Source of the DNA: Paraphysomonas bandaiensis
Lineage: Eukaryota; Protista; Chrysophyceae
DNA length: 24,583 bases
Assembly: GCA_965644295.1 (NCBI GenBank)
Contig: CBFFRP010000085.1
Span: 1 to 24,583 of the forward strand
Direction: 5' to 3'
Under the pieces are notes generated by a model. That model made no database searches, was not told the DNA's origin, and saw only the letters and a list, made by a program, of their open reading frames with translations. A program made the translations under genes and the position numbers. Below, piece by piece: positions 10,147-21,196 of this stretch. Every line of letters begins with the position of its first letter. The stretch's first letter is position 1.

Positions 10147-10939
10147 ATATACACTTTATGTGTGCAGTGTACATATAACATAGACATGACATATTTACAT
10201 ATCGCACATCATATGTAACAGAGACATATATAAGCTTGCAGTTTATATATGACATACATACATAGATGTTTGAAGTATATATGTGTCACAGACGTGTATT
10301 AGTGTGAAGTATTCATATGGCACATATATATATATGCAGTACATTTGTGACAGAGACACACACATATATATATGGGCAGCATGTATGTAACAGAGACTTA
10401 TATATGTAACATATACATATAATTCGCACATATATGTGTGCGCAGTACATATATAGCACATATACGTATACGTTTGTGCAATGTATGTATACTTAAGACG
10501 TGTATATGTGCAGTACACATGCGACAGAGAGATCTATAAGTGTGACATTCACAACAATGAAACATTCGGGAGGTGACAAGCAGATGTAAGATGTCGCCAC
10601 TTTCACAACACCCATCATTCACACCATTTCCCATCACTTAAAGTCTGTCTCTGTTGGTTGGGATCGTGGAATCTCAGTTGCGGGAGAGGTGAAATGTGAG
10701 GGACAGAACGGAGCGGTATTTAGCTCAAACCCCACAACAATTTGGATAATTTGGAAGAGCAGAGCAAGATAAACATGAGGATATGCTGATAGGTGTGGAT
10801 GGTTTTGTATCAGTGGAGATACGGAGTGACAAAGTTGGATATGATCATAATAATCACTCAAAATACAAACTGAAGAGAGAAACTGAAAAAAAGGGAATGA
10901 CACGGTTTTGACCGATGACATGGTTTTGACCGACAGTGG
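9626..10939 (-). repeat. Right inverted arm
   Basis: Reverse complement of 7173-8486; no mismatches noticed in the stretches compared by eye. Confidence 0.95.
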
Positions 10940-11213
10940 AATGCTATGAAAATCAACGTGGTACTCCGATATATCGCGATCTCACTTCTGGACCAGCCAA
11001 TACGTAGTGTATATATAATATACCGTTGCTAAGGTATACGTGCAGTATATACTGTATACCAATCCGAAACTATGGAGTGACGATAATGATAAACTCGCTC
11101 ATTCATTAAGTACTTCTTAAGGCCATACCACAAAGAGTAGCTGACAATAAATTCATACAAGCGCGTTGCAGCTTTTAACCGACGTTTAGTATATCTATGA
11201 ACCTCTAATTAAT

Positions 11214-11791
11214 ATGCTGTCAAGTCGATTATTTACACTTACTAAAAGATTAAGGGTTAGTTTATCAACTCGAGCACGCAGATCTCTAGATGATATTGAG
11301 CGCCCTCCTCCTATTTCAGTGGTAAGTGGTACAGTGCCAGTGCTTGTCACTTATTGTGTTGACAAGTCTTGTAGACTGTCAGGGCTGCCGAAAGAATTAA
11401 GGATATGATCGAAGGGAAGGATGATGTAGTTGGGGTTAAGATAGGTGTGAAGAGACGTACGTAGAATTTTCCATTCAGATGGTATATTTTTTATGATTCC
11501 ACAGGTGGTTGCAATGGTTATTCATACACCATGAATTATGCAAGCAGAGATGATGTGGTTGGAAAGAAATATGAGGTAGTCAATTCTCATGGCATCACTG
11601 TGTTAGTCGATCCCCTAGCAATATTTTATATTCTTGGAACGGAAATGGATTATGAGGTACGCTGGATATAATTTTAATTTACCAACTCTCAAAGTTTGTT
11701 TATAAAGGAGACTGTGCTGTCTTCAGAGTTCACCTTCACCAATCCCAATTCCAAAGGTGAATGTGGCTGTGGCGAAAGCTTTAATGTATAG
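11214..11791 (+). CDS. ISCA1: Mitochondrial iron-sulfur cluster assembly protein IscA1/Isa1 (HesB family), 141 aa; exons 11214-11321, 11375-11456, 11505-11656, 11708-11791
   Basis: Spliced product has GVKRRGCNGYSY, GTEMDYE and [18 protein letters not shown]; Arg/Ser/Leu-rich N-terminal presequence; three GT-AG introns of 53, 48 and 51 bp. Confidence 0.95.
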
Positions 11792-11864
11792 TAGCTTCGT
11801 TTGTCTTATAATAAATAGATTACGTCATTCATAAACTTCCTTAGTCTTGTATATTAGTGTTGAC

Positions 11865-12663
11865 CAGGGATAGGGAACAATATATTGCAATACTATTGTT
11901 AGATAGCGTTCCATCAATAGTATTGATGGATTTTTTAAACCGGTCCTACAATACAATTACAATATATTGCAATATATTGTCAATGTATTGCGATATATTA
12001 GTTTGACTAATCAGTGGGTAAACACATCCGTAGATTTCATTTTTAGTATTAGTCATTAAGATCACATGACAACCAAACCAACTGCTGCTTATAGCTACTA
12101 AAAATCCACCTCGTCCTCATCCTCTGAGCCATCATCGGTGAGGTCAACATCACCATATTCATCCACAGAATTAACTGAAATATGCTAGTATCCGGTCATA
12201 ACTGTCGAATAGCTTTCTAAAACAACAGCATATTAAGTAGGATGGATACTTTTGCGCAACACTGATATAATATGTTTAGCTGTGCTGAACAGACGTTCCC
12301 ATGTATTGGAAGTACATACCAAGGCCAGGCAACCGTTAATGACTCGTGGATCTGTACGTTTCTTAATTTTTTGAGCTGACTGAAGATTTTTAGTCGCATA
12401 GTCAACATCAGCTTCATTATCCTTTGTAATGTTGTAATCAATTTCTCGGTTATTTATATCCATTTTTCACGCTACAGTTGAGAATCTTCTCTTATATGAC
12501 TATCATAATATTGATTGCAATATATTGCAATAGTATTGTGAGCTCTTTTAGCAGAAACACTATTGATGGAATATTTGACCAGTCCACCAATCAATATATT
12601 TTACAATATATTGCAATATATTGTACAATGTATTGCAATACAATATATTGTTCCCTATCCCTG
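11865..12663 (-). mobile_element. Non-autonomous hAT deletion derivative, 799 bp
   Basis: Perfect 23-bp TIRs CAGGGATAGGGAACAATATATTG; 8-bp TSD GTGTTGAC (11857-11864, 12664-12671); minus-strand remnant LVCTSNTWERLFSTAKHIISVLRKSIHP (ORF 12233..12463). Confidence 0.95.
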
Positions 12664-12934
12664 GTGTTGACTGGTTATGACGAAGAGCAGGCTGAACAGC
12701 GCAATACAAGCTCATCAAAATCTGGGGGGTAAATTAATATTATAAAACCTTCCTTAATTCAGCACCGTTGAGGTTTGCTTGTTTGTAAGTAATTGTAGTA
12801 ACCAGCTATTAGGTTTTTCTATGCTATATGAGCTCTATTGTATATATTTAAGTTTGTACATACTATCTGTGCAACATAGGTTGAATATTATTATTATTGC
12901 CATATTTCACATTGGGAAATATTATTCAACCTAG

Positions 12935-13199
12935 TATTAGGATTCAACTTAATACATGATTGTATCTGTGAGTTATAATGTTCAATGAAATACACCATAA
13001 ACTGAATTAGAGAGAGTATCTGTCGAAGATACGTGATCGTCATCATAACGTCGTCATTATCAGTTACACTTCTAACTATTCCGTTGTGCATGATAGTACG
13101 TTCTATATTGTTATTCATAATTTTCACTCTATCGTATTCATTACTTACACTCTAATAATCACAACATTGTTTTACTATTATAAAGATCAATTCTTTATT
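12935..13199 (+). repeat. 5' LTR of copia B (265 bp)
   Basis: Direct repeat of 19388-19652 with 4 transitions, all within the first ~100 bp. Confidence 0.95.
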
Positions 13200-13209
13200 T
13201 GGTAGCGAG
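13200..13209 (+). promoter_or_regulatory. Primer-binding site TGGTAGCGAG (probably initiator tRNA-Met)
   Basis: Directly follows the LTR and directly precedes the gag ATG at 13210. Confidence 0.85.
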
Positions 13210-16200
13210 ATGTCAGTTAAAGTTACAAGTTACGACTCAACCGACTCGGATTCGACAACCGACAAGCGAAAGGACTCAATGCCAAAATTCGATGCGAAGA
13301 ACTTCTCCAGGTGGCAGAAAAAGTGCCGTGCGTGGTTCTATCGCAAGCCTAAGATCGTTTATACTCTACAGAACGATCACCCAATTGAGCCTGAAGCAGG
13401 AGAAAACTCAGATGACGAGGACTACCAGTATCGACTCGAACAGTATCAGGATGCGAAACGATATTATGATGAAGGTAATAACTACCTATGGTCAGTCATT
13501 GCAAGCTCTATCATTGGTCAGAATGAAGAGGCTGAAGGGATTTTGGAGAACGTCCCCGATGGAGACGGTAAAACTGCCTGGACGGACTTGCTCAACCACT
13601 TCAAAGAAAAAACGACTAACGATGTAATCACCGATCTGATTGGCCAGTTTCAGAGCATAAAAATCAAAAAAAGGTCAGTCGATAATCAACTTTCTTGACG
13701 CTGTCGAAAAGCTCCGAAACAAGCTGATTAATTATGGTCATCGGATAAGTGACCAAGATCTCATATCACGCATTCGCCAAGGCCTGGTATCCAAAGAAAA
13801 TATGACGTATCGTGAACTGGCGATCAACCTGCAGATGCACCCTATCGATGACTACAAAACACTCATACGCAGACTACGCGGATTAGGAAGCTCGTCTGTT
13901 GGAATGCTCTTGTCAAGCAACGAAGAAACAAAAACCGACAGTATTCAGCTTGCAGCCTCAAAACCCCCGTTTTCCCGAAATAAAGTGAATTCTAAACGCA
14001 AAAAGGGGACACCTTTCAGAAACCGTTCCAATAAACCGAAACATGACAAGAGAGCTGACAAGGACATTAAGTGTTTCCGATGCGATGGAAAAGGACACAT
14101 CGCTTCAGAATGCAAACACTCATGGGAAAGGATCCAACAAATGAAGAGTTCCTCCGGAAACAAATCAACCAGTAGGAAATTCAAAAAAGTTAGATTCCAG
14201 ACCCACCAGAGCACTGAAAACGACGACTCCGACCAGTTTGCAGATTATGAAGACGGTGGTCCATTACAACAGAAAGGACGAGACTTCGGAGGAGTCGGAT
14301 ATCCAACAAACGACGAAACGAACTTCGTTTTTGATCAAGAAGCCGAAATGGGGACCCTTGATTCTGGCTGCACAGTCTCCATCACACCTGAAGCCGGATA
14401 CATCACCAATTATGAGGAATGCCTCACCGACATTCAAACAGCTAAGTCAGGATCGACTATGACCTCTTCAGGACATGGAAGACTTGGTATTATCCCCAAG
14501 CGCAAGCACGTGGACCATGCTTCAAGGACACTCGTGTCCATCAGCCAATTAGATGACCTAGGGTATAAAATCTTGTTCGGAAACCAATCAGTTGAGATAT
14601 ATAAAGATGAAATACTGCTATCAAAGGGTAAGAGAGTTGGAGGCCTATATGAAATTCCGTTAACAGACCTCGGTACTCCTATTGACGAATCCCACCTTGC
14701 TTCAACTACTTCAGGCCCACTCGCAACTCTAGCACATAAGAGATTGGCGAATTTTCTTCAATTGGACTCATACAGAAAGCTGTACAGTCAAAATTAGTAA
14801 CGGGTATTAAGTTAACGAAGTCGGAGATGAATGCTACTTCTTTACCGGGTGGCCTATGTGATGGTTGTGCTAGTGGTAAATCTCATCGCCGAAAACATAG
14901 ACACGCTATCAGACAAATGCCGCTCAAGCGTGTAAGAAGAGCGAATGAGCTGGGGGAGCTAGTAGTAGCCGATTTTTCTGGACCCCATGCACCAGAGGCA
15001 ATCATTACTGGCAACCGTTACATACTCGCGATGACAGATGTAGCTTCCAGACACCAATGGGACTCCTACGGACCAACGAGAGATGAAGATTTCGTCATCC
15101 AATCCATCCAGAAAGTTGTCATGTATCTACGTAGTAAAGGCAAACGACTACAACATTATCATGCGGATGGCGGGAAGGAACTCGTATCAAGAAAAGTTCT
15201 AGAGTATCTTCAATCAATAGGGGCTACATGGACTTTCAACTCCCCGTATACCCCCGAGGATAACCCATTCCAAGAGCGATCATGGCGGACAACTAAAGAA
15301 CGAGCACTCAGCAGCCTTATCGACTCTGGACTCCCACCGAATTTCTGGGAACAAGCCTCAAGGGCGACAATACACATCAAGAACAGGTTACCGTGTCAAA
15401 CAGCTAAAGGATTTATGTCTCCACTTCAGTTTATCGAAAACGAAATACCAGACTTGAGTTATGCCAGAATATGGGGATGTAAATAATGCTTTGTGAATAT
15501 CGATTCCAGTCTTCGAAAGAACAACTGGGACAGACATAGCTGGCCTGGGTATTTTATGGGCTATCGAGAGGATGGTCCTGGATATATAGTCTTTGTTCCC
15601 GCATTAAGAGACTTTGTTATATCAGGACATGTATTTTTCAACGAATGTGTTCCACCAGCGGATAAGAGATATTTTAAGGAGATAAATGAGATCTTCAGAG
15701 AATGAGACCTCCAGGATAGTAGAAAGTTTCAAATATCTCATAGGTCTAGCACATGTAGATCCAGACGATGGATTAACATATGTAACGACTCAAATAAAGC
15801 TCAGAAAAGGACTAATTGCAGCGTATCGTGGTCTAGTGGACAACAGCGGTGACACTACACGCCTCATCCAGCTCGACGACCCCATTCATGCTGCAGACGT
15901 CGAAAAGTACACTGAAGAATACATAGAACTCAAAGCAGTTGGTCTCAAATGTAGTAATTCTCGATCAAAAACCCCAATAAATAAATCCAGCAAATCAGAT
16001 CGCTGCGTTACCACCTGGAGCAAGAGCCATATAGGGGAAACTCATATTCAAAATAAAAAGAAAACAGAATGATATCAAATTCAAGGCTCGACTGGTCGCA
16101 CAGGGTTTTACTCAAATCCAAGGCATCGATTATAATGATACATAATACAGCCCCGTCGCGAAGGCTACATCACTACGTACAATTATTGCCCTTTCGACTA

Positions 16201-16865
16201 TTATGAAACTCAAATTGCACCAAATCGATTTCACAACTGCGTACATCAATGCTGACCTCGAAGAGGACATATACATGCATCCCCCTCCTGGCATGGACGT
16301 CCCTGACGGAAAAGTCCTCAAACTGATGAAAAGCATCTATGGTCTAAAGCAAGCAGGTCTTAACTGGTATAAGTGCTGTACAAATTTTATGCTAGATATG
16401 GGTTTCACCAGACTAATATCTGACCCGTGTATATTCAAAAAGCAGATTAACGGCAGGATTATGCTAATAGCCATGTATGTGGATGATATTATTATAGCAT
16501 CTACATCCGACACTGATATCCAACAATTCAAAGACCATTTATCCAAAAAGTTCGAAATTACGGATCTCGGACTCCTAGATTATTACTTGGGCATCTCCAA
16601 TCATCAAGATTTTGACAAAAATATCACGACTCTCAGTCAGGAGCAGTATATCAGAAAACTACTGGACAAATTCAATATGTCCAACTGTAAACCCATGTCA
16701 ACACCTATGTTACTGTCTTTCAACTATGATTTACATGAATACAATCATCTTTCAGAGTCAAATCAAAGTTATGTTCAGAATTTCCCCTACAAGGAGCTCA
16801 TAGGTTCCCTAATGTATCTAGCTGTATGCACTCGACCGGATATCGCCTACGCAGTCAATACTCTT
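13210..16865 (+). pseudogene. Disrupted copia gag-pol (gag, PR, IN, RT; RNase H absent)
   Basis: CFRCDGKGHIASEC, LDSGCT, HADGGKE, WGCK, FKARLVAQG, YVDDII, TRPDIAYAV. Frameshifts at ~13670, ~14753 and ~15694; in-frame stops at 15484, ~16032 and 16143; apparent deletion near 16000. Confidence 0.93.
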
Positions 16866-18623
16866 GTACAGTGACGCATCGAAGTTTATGTTGCTGTCAC
16901 TCTTCAGTATGCCGCCTGTGTGTATAGCATCTATACTTGTAATATGTATGTACGTGAGAACTATTCCAGTATACCAACAGATGCATATTTGGTTACTTTG
17001 TTTGGTCGATATCGTAAAAGTGCAAATCTGATTCGTGTTTCACACAGCAGCATTGAGTCTATTGCTGATGATTACTTTCCCCCTTCATCCACCAATGCAA
17101 TTAATGACTAAGCATTTATCACCTACAACTTGTACCAGGCGTTACATACATCATCATATATATCAAGGTGGGGTGTTGTTTTCCCATCGACTATGAAAAA
17201 TTTCTGAGCTGTGTAGTGTTTTTTATTTTTGCACTACTCAGTGCCATGTATATTACACACTGTTTAATGTCATGGTTATTAAAAACGTTTTATGCGCACA
17301 TATTTTGATTCCTGAATGAGAGCACGCACCCCTTGTATATATATGCAGTGTGCGAAGATATGATACAGGAGTAATCGTTATTGCAGGTGGTGCATATAAT
17401 GCTTGAATTCGGAGGCAAGCATTCGCGGAGAAATCCATCGAATATTCTTACTAATAACCACATGGTTTAGTTTGTTCGGTGTGTGTTCAGTAACATTTCG
17501 GTACAGCCTCCCACCCAGGCGCCTTGTTTTTGTGGGCAGGAGGCTTGAATGTTCGAGCTGTTTTTTGTCCTCTACTACCATCCTTGTAGCTGACAGTGTA
17601 TATGTCGTCGGGAAGACAGGAGACCACGCATTTTCTGAGGCCATAAATTCTTGAAGTGGCATCTCCAAGTTGAAACACACTATCCACGTTGCTGGGAATC
17701 GTCTCTTGATTGGGAATCGCTATAAACTTGCGTTGCTGTTGCTAGAGCGACGAATGCGTTCTCGTTCTCCTCCACGCTTTCCTCGACTGCAGTGCGTAGC
17801 CCGTCTTTGCAGAGATATTATAGGTATCGTTCAAGGGACAGGCCTCGGACTCTTCACAGGGTAGGCTCTCGGGATTCGTCGTCGCATGACCATTTATCAT
17901 GGTTCCGATCGCGTTGCCCGCCACTTTTAGACAATCATTGATGGACAGATTGGTAGCGAGAACTAGGGCGTGACAAACTTTGTCATTAATATTGTATACA
18001 ACACAGCTGTATAATATACATTGTATATAATAGTATATTATAATATTTTGTATATCTAGCCCTAATCGATTGCATTGTGATCACTAAGAACTGGAATGTT
18101 AGTTTTGCGAATTTTAAACTTTTGAATAATGTTGTAACTAACGTATAGTAGACGCATAAAACAAAATAAAACTTAAGTATATATATATATTTATAATAAG
18201 TAATCGAGCTACCGTCGTTCTCGTCATTTTATAGGGTTTTTACATGTAAAATCCCATTTTGCATTTAAAATCCAATAGGCTACAGACTAAGCATATATTT
18301 AATGGGATGATGCAAATGGGATTGTAAGCACTGTGATATCCTTAGTGCTTCTGTAAATAAGCATCGTGGAATGGCCCAAAATGGAGGAATTGCTTGGGTA
18401 ATGGTAGAAAAAGAGACTGGTTTTGATAAGGTAGTATAATATATATTATGTTGTTTCGAAGTTACATTTTAAATGTTACTTACTAGCTATGGTTTAGGCT
18501 CAGTGTCAATACCAATATGGAAGAAGATGTCAAAAGACGATGAAGGTAAGAAGAACTGCGTGCCTTTCAAAGAGAAGCAGCCTATTGTTGAAGATTTGGT
18601 GTCCGATGTAGTAGAGAGGAGGA

Positions 18624-19025
18624 GTGGAAAGTGGGAAGAGGGAGAATGTTCGCAATGTTCGCAGTGAGATACTGGATCAGCAGGAGAAGACGATTTTATC
18701 GTTGACGGAAATGGTGAGGCATCAACAGGAACAAATTGATGCCCTCATTGCCAAAGAACGAGTTCGCCCTGCCGATACTTCTAAGCCGAACTGCTCGCGA
18801 AAGAGGAGCGTTCATGATGATGAAGATTCAATAACTTCCGAAGCCGACGAGGAGGACTACAGAAGTAAGAAGAATAAATCAAGACGACGAAAGAGGAGAA
18901 CGAAGGGATTGAAGAAATTTGTTGATGAAGGTACTCTTGTTATGCTTGCTCAACAAAATTCAGTAATTGATGATAACTGCAAAATGAAAAAAGAAATTAA
19001 CCGTTTGCGTTTCTTGCAATCATAA
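18624..19025 (+). CDS. Unknown coiled-coil and Lys/Arg-rich protein, probably the 3' part of a damaged spliced gene starting near 18310
   Basis: 133-codon ORF with heptad-like ILDQQEKTILSLTEMVRHQQEQIDAL and basic SKKNKSRRRKRRTK; upstream frame WDCKHC...ETGFDK ends at an AG|GT followed by an AT-rich intron-like tract (18431-18497); AATAAA at 19077. Confidence 0.5.
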   Translation: MESGKRENVRNVRSEILDQQEKTILSLTEMVRHQQEQIDALIAKERVRPADTSKPNCSRKRSVHDDEDSITSEADEEDYRSKKNKSRRRKRRTKGLKKFVDEGTLVMLAQQNSVIDDNCKMKKEINRLRFLQS

Positions 19026-19378
19026 GTTTAATGAGTATTGTCTATTGTATTTTGCATGCAACAATAACAATATAGTAATAAACTTGTTAAGAACCTAAAA
19101 ACAGCTTGATAATATTACCTTACTTTTATCAACATCCAAGCTGTTGTATATCCTTTTTTCATCTTAAAATATGTATAGTCAACTAGAAATCATTAATGAA
19201 AATATTTGGGAAAATTTTTTTCCCAAGTTTGAAAATAGTTTGCTTGAAGGATGGTCTCACAATATGGCATCTCTGCAGTTCGCTTATTATTGACTAGTGA
19301 CTGCTACTCTGGTTTTTACTCTCAGTGTATATAAGTTCATATTCCCTCTATTATCTACGGTTCACTGATTATTTCATT

Positions 19379-19387
19379 GAGGGGGCG
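19379..19387 (+). promoter_or_regulatory. Polypurine tract of copia B (GAGGGGGCG)
   Basis: Directly precedes the 3' LTR. Confidence 0.85.
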
Positions 19388-19652
19388 TATTAGGATTCAG
19401 CTTAATACATGATTGTATCTGTGAGTTATAATGTTCAATGAAATACACCATGAACTGAATTAGAGAGAGTATCTGTCGAAGGTATGTGATCGTCATCATA
19501 ACGTCGTCATTATCAGTTACACTTCTAACTATTCCGTTGTGCATGATAGTACGTTCTATATTGTTATTCATAATTTTCACTCTATCGTATTCATTACTTA
19601 CACTCTAATAATCACAACATTGTTTTACTATTATAAAGATCAATTCTTTATT
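19388..19652 (+). repeat. 3' LTR of copia B (265 bp)
   Basis: 261/265 identical to the 5' LTR by manual comparison; followed by TSD CCTAG. Confidence 0.95.
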
Positions 19653-19736
19653 CCTAGTCAAATTGGTTGAATTACCTAGTCACACTATTTTTGGTGGAAT
19701 AACCTAGTCAAAGTAATAAATGATTAAACCTAGTCA
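19653..19736 (+). repeat. Spaced array of four ACCTAGTCA motifs, the first split by the copia B insertion
   Basis: Copies at 19653 (leading A lies at 12929 in the empty site), 19674, 19702 and 19728. Confidence 0.75.
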
Positions 19737-20088
19737 TTTTTAGTTATAGTTGAAGTGTAAACTTCGCTTCCGTAGTTTTCCTATCACATACGCACTACGT
19801 ATTATGAATGAATGGATAGTATGTCACATGCATGCATATCCATTCATTGTCATCACACATTGACATGTTTACATCACAGTTGTCCTTAATATATAATATA
19901 CCTTTTCTCCTCTAAAGTACTTCATACTTTAACTTGGTAGCAGATGGTTACGATAACCAACCTTATTTATTTGTTTGTTCGCCTCCACATCACTGGTGGA
20001 ATGATGGCATCAACATATGAAACAAGCTTGTCATCTGTACACAGACGAAATACACAATGTGCTTCCTTTGAACTCTGCTGTTTCTCGA

Positions 20089-20220
20089 AAACTCGAAAAT
20101 CCGGGGGTTTTGGAATCAATTTCCGGAAAATATGTACCTTTTTGTTAAAACTCGGAAAATCGTTTTTTTTAAGAGAATATTTCCGGAGAATATGCATTTT
20201 TTTTGGGCACTGAAAACAAA
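20089..20220. repeat. 132-bp A/T-tract-rich segment with an internal ~59-bp imperfect duplication, flanked by TCGA
   Basis: AAAACTCG(G)AAAATC...ATTTCCGGARAATATG occurs twice; TCGA at 20085-20088 and 20221-20224. Confidence 0.5.
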
Positions 20221-20879
20221 TCGACAGTCTGTCTGTTCCTTGTTTGAGCTCCTACAGTGTGTAATATATGACTTTAAGGTGATGACAGTGTATATACTAA
20301 TGCACATGTCCATTCCAGCCAGTCTGATTTTGATGACTTGTCTCCAACATGTGTGCTGATTTTGACACCTTGAGACGCTTTGTCCGGTGATACACCAGGA
20401 GTGGTTAGACTTCATGTTGATGGCTGTGAATATTCTTTCGATGACTACTATTCGCCTTCTCAGGGAGTCAACCCTGCAGAAAGAGATCACATATGAGCTA
20501 TATGTTAGCCTCGCACAGCAGATGTGTTTGAGAGCATGGATTTTCTTCTCTTTTATTCAATGAGAGTTATTTCTTGAGAGTTTGACAGTGACGATTGCTT
20601 TATCCTATCCACAAGGGTTTCATTGTGCACCAGTTTGTACTCAAACCTGTTATTCAAGAGAATGTTGCTCTGTTCATCAGCAGCTTATATATTATGTGGA
20701 TTATTCCTTTCGTCTGCTTTCTTCTTCCGGTGATGTATCAGATGTTGTTATGATGGTTATAAACCATATGTTTTTGCTCTGTTGGCGTATCGTCTTTCAG
20801 CCTACAGAAGCGCTATCCAATCATGACAATTGTTTCTCTCTATCTTTATTTATCGGAGTTGTTGAGTGTTGATCTCTTC

Positions 20880-21196
20880 ACCGTACGTATAAAGTGTATA
20901 GACCGAGCACAGGCATGGTCCTCGAGACTGCGGATGTCAGATTCATTCAGCATGCCTTTAAACTAGTGTCACCTTTCCAAGCACGGGAGCGGATTCATGA
21001 TGAGTCCGATGATGAACTTGTACAGGAGGAGGATACCGACGGGAATGATCCCTCCATACAGTGTCACGAACCCGATGTTATTGTGCATGACGAGAAATCT
21101 GTTGGAGCAGCCAACGAGCCAGCTACCTCAGAAATCGCGTTACAGCCGGCTTTCGATATGACCCCCCAGACTGACGGTCGCTCCATCGAAGTCTAT
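20880..21196 (+). pseudogene. Copia integrase C-terminal fragment plus acidic linker
   Basis: TYKVYRPSTGMVLETADVRF matches the copia YRVYDP...SRDVxF motif. Confidence 0.65.

Larger units (their letters stand above)
7173..10939. mobile_element. Foldback-like non-autonomous DNA element with 1314-bp inverted arms
   Basis: 7173-8486 is the reverse complement of 9626-10939 (paired coordinates sum to 18112 throughout; mirrored ORFs are identical). Flanked by direct repeat AATG (7169-7172, 10940-10943). Termini CCACTGTCGG / CCGACAGTGG. Confidence 0.8.
12935..19652 (+). mobile_element. Ty1/copia LTR retrotransposon B: both LTRs, defective pol, foreign internal segment
   Basis: LTR pair, 5-bp TSD CCTAG (12930-12934, 19653-19657), PBS, PPT and gag-PR-IN-RT remnants. 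Confidence 0.95.

Noticed and set aside
12894-13127. Minus-strand ORF repeated at 19374..19580
   Set aside because: Simply the LTR sequence read antisense.
17964-18064. Mini-MITE with TAGGGC...GCCCTA ends
   Set aside because: Only 6-bp inverted match and no target-site duplication.
19807-19848. 12-bp stem hairpin as a Helitron 3' end
   Set aside because: AT-rich stem and no CTRR terminus just downstream.
19935-19944. PBS-like TGGTAGCAGA
   Set aside because: No demonstrable LTR before it and no gag after it.
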